A DNA stretch of 61,447 bases from NCBI GenBank assembly GCA_964582785.1, contig CAZOTT010000004.1, forward strand, positions 1-61,447, given 5' to 3'. The position numbers and the translations under genes are program-made. Shown one piece after another: positions 17,744 through 27,875 of this stretch; the first letter of the stretch is position 1; every line of letters starts with the position of its first letter. The stretch is from an uncultured Acidobacteriota bacterium (GTDB lineage: Bacteria; Acidobacteriota; Polarisedimenticolia; J045). The notes under the pieces are model-generated. The model did no database searches and was not told the DNA's origin. It saw only the letters and a list, made by a program, of their open reading frames with translations.

Positions 17744-20700
17744 ATGCGCCGCCATGCCCCCCTCTCCCTGCTCTGCCTCGCCTTCGCCCTCCTCGCCGCC
17801 CCGCCGCTCCTCGCCGGCGGCGGGACCCCGCCCGATCCCTCGATCCAGCCGCGGATCGTCGACCGGGACCGGGGGGAGGAGCAGGAAATCCGGGCCCGCC
17901 ACGAGTGGTTCTTCGCCCCCCGCCGGCAGGGGACCCTCGGGCCCGCCGACATGGCCCTCCTGCGCCGGGTGGCCGTCGAGTTCACCCGGGAACGGATCCT
18001 CTCGCAGCGGGCCCGGCTGGCCGCGGGCTACGGGGAGACGGACAACTGGTGGGCGGAGATGGGCCCCGCACCCTCCCACTTCGGGGGCTGGGCGTTCGGC
18101 GACGTGGCGGGACGGGTTCCGGCCCTGGCCGCCGACTGGAACTCCGGGACGATCTGGGCGGGGACCGCGAGCGGCGGCCTGTGGAAGACGACCAACGACG
18201 GGGCCACCTGGGAGGAGATGATCCACGACACCGGGACCCAGACGGTGGGGGCGGTGGCGGTCGATCCGAACGACCCGGACGTCATCTGGGTCGGCACCGG
18301 GGAGAACACCCAGGGCTGCGAGGGCTACTTCGGCATCGGGATGCTGCGGAGCACGGACGGGGGCCTGACCTGGGAAACCCGCAACGGAACGGACGGCCAG
18401 GACCTGGAGGACATCGCTTCCTTCGCCTCGATCGTCGTCGACCCGCGCGATTCGAACCACGTGGTCACCGGGGGACGGCACCGGGGCTGTTCCTCGGGGA
18501 ATTCCTGGACCTCCGGCATCTACACCACCGACGATGCCGGGCTCCACTGGACGAAGCGCCTGGCGAACGTCTCGGTGTACGAGATCCAGCAGGACCCCCA
18601 GGTGCGGGACACCTGGTGGGCGGCCACCAGCGAGGGGATCTGGAAGTCCACCGACAACGCGGTCACCTGGACGAAGCAGACCGCCTCCGGCCTGCCCTCC
18701 TCCGGCACGGGGCGGACCGAGCTGGCCGTCGCCCCGTCGGACGGCAACGTGGTCTACGCGCTCTTCGCCACGGGCGCCAGCGGGGACCCGGAGTTCTGGC
18801 GGACGACGGACGGGGGAGCCTCGTGGCAGCTGATGAGTGACGGCGGCGACGCCTGCGACGGCCAGTGCTGGTACAACATGACCATCGCCGTCCACCCGTC
18901 GAACCCCGACGAGGTCTACCGCGGCACCGTCCACGTCTTCCGCTCCACGGACGGCGGGGCGACCTGGACGGACCTCTCCAACCCCTGGGGATCGAGCCAG
19001 AAGGTCCACCAGGACACCCACTTCATCCTCGTCGACCCGAACCACCCGGGAACCTTCTGGGTCGGCTGCGACGGGGGCGTCTGGAAGACCACGGACCGGG
19101 GCGACACGTTCCTCAACCGCAACGGGAACATGAACCTGACCCAGTTCTACGCCGTCGGGGTGCACCCCACCGACGCGGGGACGATCTGCGGGGGAGCCCA
19201 GGACAACAGCTCCCTCGCCCGGACCACGAGCAACGTCTGGGACCTCCAGGCGGTGACCGGTGACGGGTTCGTCTGCCACGTCGACCCGGTGAACCCGGAC
19301 ATCAACTACATCTCTTCCTACCCGTCCGGCGGGTATCCCCACGTGTCCCGCTCCGACAACGGCATCCTGGGGTCCTTCCACGGGATCACCGGGGCCGGGA
19401 GCGGCATCATCCAGGGAGACCGGATCAACTGGGTCACGCCCTACGTCCTCGACCCGACGAGCCCGAACATCCTCTACCTCGGGACCCACCGCGTCTACCG
19501 GTCGACCAACCACGGCGATCACTGGGACCCGGTCTCGGACGACCTGACCGGCGGCAGCGGGAACATCAAGACCCTGGACGTCAACCGCAACTTCCCGGAG
19601 ACCGTCCTGGCGGGCACGACCAGCGGCCGCGCCTGGATCAGCCGCGACTCCGGCACGACCTGGGAGGAGATCACCGACGGCCTGCCGGCCCGCGAGGTCA
19701 ACGATCTCGCCTCGGATCCGACCGACCCCGACCACGCCCTGGCGGTCGTCTCCGGCTTCAACACCGCCCACCTGTGGGAGTGGCGGCGGGGCGGCTCCTG
19801 GACCGCGATCGGCGACGGCCTGCCGAACGTCCCGGCGAACACCGTCGTGATGCTGGACGACCGGCGGGTCTTCGTCGGCACCGATACCGGCGTCTTCCGC
19901 AGCGTCGACGGCGGGCAGAACTTCGAACCGTTCATGAACGGGCTCCCGTCCGGCACCGTGATCGACGACCTGAAGTACAACCAGGACCTGGACCTCCTGA
20001 CGGCCGGGACCTACGGCCGGGGCGCCTGGCAGATCCAGGTGGACCCCCTGGGACCGATCGTCCAGTACGATTCAATCGAGCAGCCCCTGGTCGAAGTGGA
20101 CGGGGACGGGGACGGCTCGGTCGAGCCCGGGGAGACGTGGGAAGTCCGGCCGATCCTGCGCAACGTCGGCTCCACCACGGCGAACGGCGTCACGGCGCGG
20201 CTCGCCACCGCCACCCCCCACGTGACGATCGAGGGCGACGACGTCCGTTCCTACGGGGACATCGCCGGGGGGCAGAAGAACGGCGCCACTACCCGCTACC
20301 GGTTCGTCGTCGACCCCGACTTCCCCTGCGGCGAGCAGATCGTCTTCGACGTGGTCGACATCCGCTCCACGAACGACCCGGGTTCCTACCGGGACTGGCC
20401 GGGAGCCTTCACGGTCACCGTCGTCGACCACTACCTCGACCCGGTGGACCACGTCATCGCCGAGGATGACATGGACCCCGACCCGGAACTGGACTGGTCC
20501 CACGAGGCGATCGACCCCGGCTTCTGGTGGTGCCACGTGCAGTACGCCGACGAGTGGCACCTCGAGCAGCAGGACGCCGCCCACGGGCAGAGCTGGCACT
20601 GCGGCAACGCCACCGGCTACGCGAAGACCAACTACGCCTGGCTCTACCTCGGGGGCCGGGATTCCACCGGCGGCGCCGGCTTCACGATCCCGGCGGAGGC

Positions 20701-21424
20701 GATCGGCGCCCGCCTGACGGTCGTGCACCGCTACCGGACGGCCTTCGAGCAGGACGGCGGGCAGGTGGTGATCGACGCGAGCCCCGACGGCAACGACGTC
20801 TACGAGCCCCTCGTGCCGGACGGGGGATACGACGGGAAGCTCGCCACCGGGCACTGCAACGGCCTCGAGGACAAGGAGGCCTTCACCGGCGACTCCGGCG
20901 GCTGGGTGACGACCACCTTCGACCTGGGCGACTACGTGGGCAGGACCTTCTGGCTGGCGTTCGTCTTCGGCTCCGACACCGCGGCGGACAGCGGCATGGA
21001 GGGCTGGTGGATCGACCGCGTCACCCTGGAGTGGACCGAGCGGGGACAGTCGATCTGCCAGCAGACCTCCTGGCCCGGGACGGTCCCGGAGACGGCGACC
21101 TTCGAGAAGCTCGGCGACGGGACGATCCGGGCGACCTGGGACGACCCCTGCAACGCCGCCCAGGTGCCGGGGCAGACCTGCTCGATCCAGGCCGGTGACC
21201 TGGCGGCGCTGCACGATGCCGGGAGCTGGACCCACTCACCGGTCGAGGGCCGCTGCGACCGGACCTCCCCCGACACCTTCACTCCCGGCCCGGGCAGCGA
21301 GTACTACCTGCTGGCCGCCCACCTGGACGGCCGGGAGGGCGGCCTCGGCACCGGCTCGGACGGGACCCGCCGCCCCCACGCCTCGGACACCTGCGGCCTG
21401 CCCCGGGAGGGCGCCTGCCCCTGA
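17744..21424 (+). CDS. large secreted BNR/Asp-box repeat (sialidase/sortilin-type beta-propeller) protein with lectin-like and Cys-framed C-terminal modules
   Basis: AAGGAG precedes the ATG at 17744. Signal peptide LSLLCLAFALLAAPPLLAGG. At least nine Asp-boxes (STDGGLTW, TTDDAGLHW, STDNAVTW, TTDGGASW, STDGGATW, TTDRGDTF, STNHGDHW, SRDSGTTW, SVDGGQNF). Confidence 0.8.
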   Translation: MRRHAPLSLLCLAFALLAAPPLLAGGGTPPDPSIQPRIVDRDRGEEQEIRARHEWFFAPRRQGTLGPADMALLRRVAVEFTRERILSQRARLAAGYGETDNWWAEMGPAPSHFGGWAFGDVAGRVPALAADWNSGTIWAGTASGGLWKTTNDGATWEEMIHDTGTQTVGAVAVDPNDPDVIWVGTGENTQGCEGYFGIGMLRSTDGGLTWETRNGTDGQDLEDIASFASIVVDPRDSNHVVTGGRHRGCSSGNSWTSGIYTTDDAGLHWTKRLANVSVYEIQQDPQVRDTWWAATSEGIWKSTDNAVTWTKQTASGLPSSGTGRTELAVAPSDGNVVYALFATGASGDPEFWRTTDGGASWQLMSDGGDACDGQCWYNMTIAVHPSNPDEVYRGTVHVFRSTDGGATWTDLSNPWGSSQKVHQDTHFILVDPNHPGTFWVGCDGGVWKTTDRGDTFLNRNGNMNLTQFYAVGVHPTDAGTICGGAQDNSSLARTTSNVWDLQAVTGDGFVCHVDPVNPDINYISSYPSGGYPHVSRSDNGILGSFHGITGAGSGIIQGDRINWVTPYVLDPTSPNILYLGTHRVYRSTNHGDHWDPVSDDLTGGSGNIKTLDVNRNFPETVLAGTTSGRAWISRDSGTTWEEITDGLPAREVNDLASDPTDPDHALAVVSGFNTAHLWEWRRGGSWTAIGDGLPNVPANTVVMLDDRRVFVGTDTGVFRSVDGGQNFEPFMNGLPSGTVIDDLKYNQDLDLLTAGTYGRGAWQIQVDPLGPIVQYDSIEQPLVEVDGDGDGSVEPGETWEVRPILRNVGSTTANGVTARLATATPHVTIEGDDVRSYGDIAGGQKNGATTRYRFVVDPDFPCGEQIVFDVVDIRSTNDPGSYRDWPGAFTVTVVDHYLDPVDHVIAEDDMDPDPELDWSHEAIDPGFWWCHVQYADEWHLEQQDAAHGQSWHCGNATGYAKTNYAWLYLGGRDSTGGAGFTIPAEAIGARLTVVHRYRTAFEQDGGQVVIDASPDGNDVYEPLVPDGGYDGKLATGHCNGLEDKEAFTGDSGGWVTTTFDLGDYVGRTFWLAFVFGSDTAADSGMEGWWIDRVTLEWTERGQSICQQTSWPGTVPETATFEKLGDGTIRATWDDPCNAAQVPGQTCSIQAGDLAALHDAGSWTHSPVEGRCDRTSPDTFTPGPGSEYYLLAAHLDGREGGLGTGSDGTRRPHASDTCGLPREGACP

Positions 21425-21529
21425 ACCGGGCCGGGACGCCGGGGCCCTGCCCTCGGGCCGGCAACCCCTCCACCCGGGGCGGGCCGGGAGGCCCCGCCGG
21501 CGTTTCCCGGGGACGCCGGCGTCCCCCCC

Positions 21530-22276
21530 TCACCGCCCTCCTTCGGGAGGGGCCGCCGGGCGGGTCGCGGAGGCCGGTCGCGGGGCCGAACGCTCGCGCA
21601 GGGGCCAGTCGTACAGCCGGCCGAACTTCTTCTCCCCGGGCAGCGGGGGGTACTTCGCCGGGTCCCAGTCGACGACGTGCAGCACCTCGCGCCGCTTCGT
21701 CTCGTCGAGGGGGGGCGGCGTGAGCCAGGGGAAGAGCGCCGCCCGCAGGATCCGCGCCTCCTCGTAGAACGTCGGTTCCCGCCCGAGGCCGACCCGGGCG
21801 AACGCCTCGAGGGCGGTGGTGAGCTTCTCCGGCAGGCTGCCCGCCAGGGCGTCGAGGGCCTCCCGCGCCCGGCCCGTCATCCGCGCCTCCGCCGGGCCCA
21901 TTTCGAAGGTGGCGACCAGCTTCCCGCCGTTGCCGTGAACCTCGACCACGTTGCCGGTCACGGCGAAGTCGATGACCGGCCTGCCCGGGACCGGCGCGAA
22001 GCTGAACCACCGGCTGCCGCCCCCCTTCCGCTCCTTGACCAGGATCTCCGCGACCAGCGGCGTGCCGTCCGGGGCGGTGAACAGGACCCGCACCCGGTGC
22101 TTCGGCCCGCGGGAAACGTTTTCCACCAGGGTGTAGGCCACCGCGGGCACCCCCGGGGAGGGGACGACTTCGCAGCGCACCCGCGCCCAGGTGAACCCGC
22201 CGTCGGCGGCGGCGGCCGGCCACCAGGCCGCGACCAGCAGCGATACGACCAGCACGATCCACCGGGTTCCACGCAT
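21530..22276 (-). CDS. secreted hypothetical protein
   Basis: 248 aa from MRGTRWIVLVVSLLVAAWWPAAAA (signal peptide). AAGGAGG lies upstream on the minus strand. Confidence 0.55.
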   Translation of the reverse strand: MRGTRWIVLVVSLLVAAWWPAAAADGGFTWARVRCEVVPSPGVPAVAYTLVENVSRGPKHRVRVLFTAPDGTPLVAEILVKERKGGGSRWFSFAPVPGRPVIDFAVTGNVVEVHGNGGKLVATFEMGPAEARMTGRAREALDALAGSLPEKLTTALEAFARVGLGREPTFYEEARILRAALFPWLTPPPLDETKRREVLHVVDWDPAKYPPLPGEKKFGRLYDWPLRERSAPRPASATRPAAPPEGGR

Positions 22277-22454
22277 CCGCCGTCCTCCTTTCGGCCCGCC
22301 CCGGCCGGCGGCGGGCACGGAGAAAACGGTACAACCCGGACGGGGCCGGGGGCAACGATCCGTTCCGCGCCGGGCGGCGGTCGCCGCGCGACGAGCGGAC
22401 CGCCGCGGGGAGCCGCGCCGGTCTATGCTGGAGGTTCATCACGAAGGAGGTCCC

Positions 22455-25400
22455 ATGCGCTCCCGGTCTGCCGCCGTTCCCGCGATCGTCGCCCTGCTCG
22501 TCCTGCTGGCCCCGCTGCCTCCCGCCCGGGCGGAAATCACCCCCGACGGGGGGATGCTCCGCTATCCCGACGTGGGCACCGACCGGGTGGTCTTCTCCTT
22601 CGCCGATGACCTGTGGACGGTGCCCCTGGCGGGAGGTCTCGCGACCCCCCTCTCCAGCCCTCCCGGCCTCGAGGCCCTGCCCCGGTTCAGCCCGGACGGC
22701 AGGTGGATCGCCTACATGGCGGACTACGAGGGGAACTCGGAGATCTACGTGATCCCCGCCACCGGGGGGGTTCCCCGGCGGGTCACGTGGCACCCGGCCA
22801 CGGAGATCCTCTGCGACTGGACGCCGGACGGGAAGATCCTCTTCTTCCAGAACGGGCTCTCCGGCCTCTCCCGCCAGACACGGCTCTTCACCGTCGACCG
22901 GGAGGGCGGCCTGCCCCGCCCGCTCCCGGTCCCCTACGGCGCGTTCGCCACCCTGAGCCCGGACGGCAGGCAGCTGCTCTACACCCCCCACACCCGGGAC
23001 TTCCGCACCTGGAAGCGCTACATGGGGGGGATGGCCACGGACCTCTGGCTGGTCGACCTGCGGCGGAAGACCTCCCGCCGGGTCACCGACTGGCCCGGTA
23101 CCGACACCCAGCCGATGTGGTTCGGCGACACGGTCTACTACCTCTCCGACGCCGGCCCCGCCCACCGGCTCAACGTGTGGTCCTGGAACCCGGCCACCGG
23201 GGAGCGCCGACAGGTCACCCGCTTCACGGACGACGACGTCCGGTTCCCGGGCATCGGGCCCGGCCCGGACGGGCGCGGGCGCATCGTCTTCCAGCTCGGC
23301 AGCGGTCTCCACGTGCTCGACCTCGGCAGCGGCCGCGTCCGGAAACTCGCGGTGACGATCCCCGGGGACCGGCCCACCCTGATGGCCCGGCCGGTGAACG
23401 CGGCGAAGTTCATCCAGTCCTGGGACATCTCCCCCAGCGGGGTCCGCGCGATCGTCTCGGCCCGGGGGGACGCCTGGACCCTGCCGGCGGAGCACGGGAC
23501 CCCCCGGAACCTGACCCGCACCAGCGGCGTGGCGGAACGGGATCCCTCCTGGAGCCCGGACGGGAGGTGGATCGCCTGGTTCTCCGACGCGAGCGGCGAG
23601 GTGGAACTCTGGATCGCCCCCGCCGACGGCCGGGGGAAACCCCGCCAGCTGACCCGGCTCGGCCCGGGCTTCCGCTCGCACGCCACCTGGTCCCCCGATT
23701 CCCGGTACATCGCGTTCCTCGACAAGACCGGGGCGATCCTCCTGTGGGACATGCGCAAGGAAGAGCTCCGCACCATCGCCCGGGACCCGTGGAACCTCAC
23801 CGGGCCGACGGACCGGGGGCTCTCCTGGTCGCCCGATTCCCGGTGGTTCGCCTACGCCCTGCAGGAGGAGGACGGTGTCCACGTGGTCCACGTCTACGAC
23901 GTCCGCGAGGGGAAGGACCACCGGGTGACCCCCGGCTTCCTCGACGCGGTGGCGCCCGTCTTCGACCGGGAGGGGAAGTACCTCTTCTACCGCCAGACGC
24001 TCCACTTCTCGCCCTGGTACTCCAGCCTGGACACGAGCTTCATCTACCCCCGCAGCGAGCGGCTGATCGCGCTGCCGCTCCGCCGGGACGTGGCGAACCC
24101 GTTCGCGCCGAAGAGCGACGAGGAGAAGCCGGCGAAGAACGGCGAGCAGGAGAAGGGCGGAAAGAAGAAAAAGAAGCGGAAGAAGAAGGGGGAGAAGGAA
24201 AAGAAGCAGGACAAGGGCGGCGGGGAGAACGGCAAGCCCGGCACGGGTGGCGGGAAGGACGGGAAGAAGGATGTCCGCATCGACTTCGACGGGATCGCCG
24301 GGCGCGCGGTGATCGTGCCGGTTCCGCCGGGTGACTTCGGGACGCTCGGCGTCAACGACAGGGGCCACCTGGTCTACGTCCGCCGCCCGGTCCGGGGCCA
24401 GGACGAGCCCGCCCGGATCGTCCTGCTCGACCCGGGGGACGAGAAGCACGAGGAAAAGGTCCTCGAGAAGAAGGCCTCCGCCTTCGTGCTCGACGCCCAC
24501 GGGAAGAAGATGCTGGTCCTCGGCGGCGGGCCGGCGCGCATCCGGAAGGCGGCGCCGGGCGACAGGGCGAAGCCGGTGGTCACCGAGGGGATGATCGTTC
24601 GGATCGACCCGCGCGCGGAATGGCACCAGGTGTTCGTCGACGCCTGGCGGATCATGCGGGACTTCTTCTACGACCCCCACATGCACGGGGTCGACTGGGC
24701 GGCCGTGCGATCCCACTACGAGGCGATGCTCCGGGACTGCGTCACCCGCCGGGACGTGGGCTACGTGATCCGCGAGATGATCGCCGAGCTGAACGTCGGG
24801 CATGCCTACTACTTCCCCTCCCCGGAGGAGCGCGGCGGCGGGGATCACCTGCCGGTCGGCATGCCGGGCTGCGACTTCGAGCTGGTCGACGGGGCGTACC
24901 GCATCACCCGGATCTACCGGGGGGCTCCCTGGGACGTCGATGCCCGCGGGCCCCTCGCCCGGCCCGGCGTCGACGTCCACGAGGGGGACTGGCTGCTCGC
25001 CGTGAACGGCGCCCCCGTCGACCCGTCGAAGGCGCCCTGGGCGGCGTTCGCCGGCCTGGCGGGCAGGACCGTCACGCTGACCGTCTCGCGGAAACCCGTC
25101 CTCGACGAGGATGCCCGGGAGGTGACCGTCAAACTCCTCGACTCGGAACGGGAACTCCGGTTCCGGGCCTGGGTGGAGCACAACCGGCGCTACGTCGCGG
25201 AAAGGACCGGGGGAAAGGTGGGCTACGTGTACGTTCCCGACACCGGGATCAACGGCCAGAACGAGCTGGTGCGCCAGTTCTTCCCCCAGGTGCACAGGGC
25301 GGCGCTGATCATCGACGAGCGCTGGAACGCGGGCGGCCAGATCCCGACGCGGTTCATCGAGATCCTCGATCGCCCGGTGATGAACTACTGGGCCCGGCGG

Positions 25401-25841
25401 GACGGCCGGGACTGGCCCTGGCCGCCGGACGGGCATGCCGGGCCGAAGTGCATGCTGATCAACGGGCTTGCCGGGTCCGGGGGAGACGCCTTCCCCGCCT
25501 ACTTCCGCCGCCGCCACCTGGGAAAGCTGATCGGGACCCGCACCTGGGGCGGCCTCGTCGGCATCTCCGGGAACCCCGGCCTGATCGACGGGAGCCGCCT
25601 GGCGGTGCCCCGCTTCGCCTACTACGACCTGGACGGGACCTGGGGCATCGAGGGCCACGGGGTGGACCCGGACATCGAGGTGATCGACGACCCGGCGAAG
25701 ATGATGGACGGTGGCGATCCCCAGCTCGACGCGGCGATCGAGGAGATGCTGCGGGAGCTGGCCGACCATCCCTTCGTCCCTCCCCGGCGGCCCCCCTGGC
25801 CCGACCGGAGCGGGATGGGGGTCCCGGAAAGGGACTGGTAG
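22455..25841 (+). CDS. tricorn protease homolog (S41B peptidase)
   Basis: AAGGAGG precedes the ATG at 22455, and a signal peptide is present. Repeated PRFSPDGRWIAY / WSPDGRWIAW / WSPDSRYIAF propeller blades, a PDZ-like region and a C-terminal S41 core INGLAGSGGDAF. Confidence 0.88.
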   Translation: MRSRSAAVPAIVALLVLLAPLPPARAEITPDGGMLRYPDVGTDRVVFSFADDLWTVPLAGGLATPLSSPPGLEALPRFSPDGRWIAYMADYEGNSEIYVIPATGGVPRRVTWHPATEILCDWTPDGKILFFQNGLSGLSRQTRLFTVDREGGLPRPLPVPYGAFATLSPDGRQLLYTPHTRDFRTWKRYMGGMATDLWLVDLRRKTSRRVTDWPGTDTQPMWFGDTVYYLSDAGPAHRLNVWSWNPATGERRQVTRFTDDDVRFPGIGPGPDGRGRIVFQLGSGLHVLDLGSGRVRKLAVTIPGDRPTLMARPVNAAKFIQSWDISPSGVRAIVSARGDAWTLPAEHGTPRNLTRTSGVAERDPSWSPDGRWIAWFSDASGEVELWIAPADGRGKPRQLTRLGPGFRSHATWSPDSRYIAFLDKTGAILLWDMRKEELRTIARDPWNLTGPTDRGLSWSPDSRWFAYALQEEDGVHVVHVYDVREGKDHRVTPGFLDAVAPVFDREGKYLFYRQTLHFSPWYSSLDTSFIYPRSERLIALPLRRDVANPFAPKSDEEKPAKNGEQEKGGKKKKKRKKKGEKEKKQDKGGGENGKPGTGGGKDGKKDVRIDFDGIAGRAVIVPVPPGDFGTLGVNDRGHLVYVRRPVRGQDEPARIVLLDPGDEKHEEKVLEKKASAFVLDAHGKKMLVLGGGPARIRKAAPGDRAKPVVTEGMIVRIDPRAEWHQVFVDAWRIMRDFFYDPHMHGVDWAAVRSHYEAMLRDCVTRRDVGYVIREMIAELNVGHAYYFPSPEERGGGDHLPVGMPGCDFELVDGAYRITRIYRGAPWDVDARGPLARPGVDVHEGDWLLAVNGAPVDPSKAPWAAFAGLAGRTVTLTVSRKPVLDEDAREVTVKLLDSERELRFRAWVEHNRRYVAERTGGKVGYVYVPDTGINGQNELVRQFFPQVHRAALIIDERWNAGGQIPTRFIEILDRPVMNYWARRDGRDWPWPPDGHAGPKCMLINGLAGSGGDAFPAYFRRRHLGKLIGTRTWGGLVGISGNPGLIDGSRLAVPRFAYYDLDGTWGIEGHGVDPDIEVIDDPAKMMDGGDPQLDAAIEEMLRELADHPFVPPRRPPWPDRSGMGVPERDW

Positions 25842-25842
25842 G

Positions 25843-27327
25843 GTGGCCGGACGCCGGGACACCGGGTCCTCCTCCCGCGAGGAACGGGTACGGGCCGCCC
25901 TGGCCTGGTTCGAGCGTTACCGGGAGATCGTCGACGATCCGGCGGCCTTCCGGGCGGCCCTCGCGGAACCTCCACCGGTGGACCTGCTGGTCCCCCGGGA
26001 AGAACCGGACCGGGTGGCGGAGGAGCTTCGCCGCCGCGGGTTCCGGGTCGAGCGGTTCCCGTGGGCGCCCCGTCACCTGCGCCTCGCCCGGCTCCCGGGC
26101 GGGGCCGTCCCCCGCCCGGGCCTGCTTCCCGAGGTCATCCTCGGCCGCGCCTGGCCCCAGGGCCTGTCGAGCGCGGCGGCGGCCCTTCCCCTCGCTCCCC
26201 GGGCCGGTCAGCTCGTCCTCGACGCCTGCGCGGCCCCCGGCGGGAAGACCCTGCTCCTCGACACCCTTTCCGGCGGGGCAACACGGATCCTGGCGGTGGA
26301 CCCCTCGAAGGGACGCTCCGGGCTGATCGTGCAGGCCCTCTCCCGGCACGGCGTCCCGTCCGCGGTGGTGGCCCTCGGGGACGCCGGCGCCCTGCCCCGG
26401 GTCGCCCTCTTCGACCGCGTCCTGGTGGACGCGCCGTGCACGGGGGAGGGGACGTTTCGCGTCCCGTCCCCCCGCTACGCCCCCACCGGGGAGGAGGGGC
26501 TCCGGCTGGCCCGCGTCCACCAGCGCCGCATCCTCGCCCGCGCCCTCGACCTGCTCGCCCCGGGCGGCCGGCTGGTCTACTCCACCTGTTCCCTCGCCCC
26601 CGAGGAGGACGAGTCGGTCGTCGCGGAGGTCCTGCACGAGCGGGACGACATCCGGGTCCTCCCGCTCCCGGACGGGATCCCGGGCCTGCCGGGCGTCACC
26701 GCGTGGCGGGGAGAGCGCTGGCCGGGGGAGCTCGTTCTCACGCGCCGGATCTTTCCCCACCACACCGGGTCGTGGGGGTTCTACGTGGCCCTGCTGGAGA
26801 AATCCCCCGATTCTTCCCGCGTGGCACGGGCCCGGCGGCGGCCGGCATCCCCCGGCCCCCCCGCCGACGACCCGGACGCCCGGAAGGCCCTGCGGGAAAC
26901 CATGGAAACCCGCTTCGGCATGAACCCGGAAGCGCTCGACCCGTTCCTCGTGGCCGCCCGCGGGAGGGACCTGTGGGTGCTCCGCCGGGTGGAGGGCCCG
27001 GACCTGGACCCGGCCCCGCTCCGCGTGGTGGCCCCGGGCCTCCGGGCCCTGCGGCGGACCGGGACCGGCTGGCGACCCACCACCGGTTTCCTCCGGCTGG
27101 TGGGCCACGCCCTGCGGCAGCGCGTCGCGCGGCTCGACCGGGAGCGGGGAGACGAGCTGCTGGACCGCCGGGAGGGTCCCGCTCCACCGGGAACCCCCCC
27201 GGGCCTGGTCGCCGTGGCGATCGACGGCCGGGTGATCGGGGCGGGGTTCGTCCGGGAAGGGCGCCTGCTCCTCGAACTGCCCCGTTCGCTCCTGCCGGCG
27301 GTTCGCGGGGACGGCCGATCCGGGTGA
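25843..27327 (+). CDS. NOL1/NOP2/Sun (RsmB/RsmF-type) RNA m5C methyltransferase
   Basis: DACAAPGGKT (SAM), DAPCTGEGTFR and YSTCSL (the two catalytic Cys motifs). The GTG start at 25843 is approximate. Confidence 0.8.
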   Translation: MAGRRDTGSSSREERVRAALAWFERYREIVDDPAAFRAALAEPPPVDLLVPREEPDRVAEELRRRGFRVERFPWAPRHLRLARLPGGAVPRPGLLPEVILGRAWPQGLSSAAAALPLAPRAGQLVLDACAAPGGKTLLLDTLSGGATRILAVDPSKGRSGLIVQALSRHGVPSAVVALGDAGALPRVALFDRVLVDAPCTGEGTFRVPSPRYAPTGEEGLRLARVHQRRILARALDLLAPGGRLVYSTCSLAPEEDESVVAEVLHERDDIRVLPLPDGIPGLPGVTAWRGERWPGELVLTRRIFPHHTGSWGFYVALLEKSPDSSRVARARRRPASPGPPADDPDARKALRETMETRFGMNPEALDPFLVAARGRDLWVLRRVEGPDLDPAPLRVVAPGLRALRRTGTGWRPTTGFLRLVGHALRQRVARLDRERGDELLDRREGPAPPGTPPGLVAVAIDGRVIGAGFVREGRLLLELPRSLLPAVRGDGRSG

Positions 27328-27359
27328 CAATGGCGCCATCACCGGAAGGAGCGAGACCG

Positions 27360-27827
27360 ATGGACCGCACGATCGGAGACCTGCTGGAGACGGCGATCGG
27401 CTACGAGATCCGTTCCCAGGAGCTGTACCGGCGAGCCCTGGAGCTCGTCGAAGACCCACGGGCCCGCGCCTTTCTCGAGGAGCTGGTCGCCGAGGAGGAA
27501 CGCCACCAGCACACCCTCGAGGAGCTCCGGGAGTGGGAGATCTTCGACCCCTCGATCCCCCTCGAGGACGAGACGATGGCGGTGGCCGGCGACGGTGCCG
27601 GCCTCCCCGAGGAGATCCCCCCGGGGACGGACCTCGAGGGGATCGTGGAGCTGGCCCTGCGACGGGAGCACCGGGCCCGGACCCTCTTCCAGCGGATGGC
27701 GGCCGCCGCCCGCCACCCGGAGCTGAAGACCCTGTTCGAGAAGCTCGCGGAGGAGGAGAATTCCCACCACGAGAGTGTCCTCGAGCGGTTCCGCCTGCAC
27801 GAGGGACGCCCGCGGGACGAGATGTAG
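27360..27827 (+). CDS. ferritin-like / rubrerythrin-family diiron protein
   Basis: 155 aa. Two ExxH helices (LVAEEERHQH; LAEEENSHHE). GGAAGGAG lies upstream. Confidence 0.7.
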   Translation: MDRTIGDLLETAIGYEIRSQELYRRALELVEDPRARAFLEELVAEEERHQHTLEELREWEIFDPSIPLEDETMAVAGDGAGLPEEIPPGTDLEGIVELALRREHRARTLFQRMAAAARHPELKTLFEKLAEEENSHHESVLERFRLHEGRPRDEM

Positions 27828-27875
27828 CCCCGGCCGGCACCGGGGGGTGCCCGGCCGGCACGGAGGTGGAACCCG

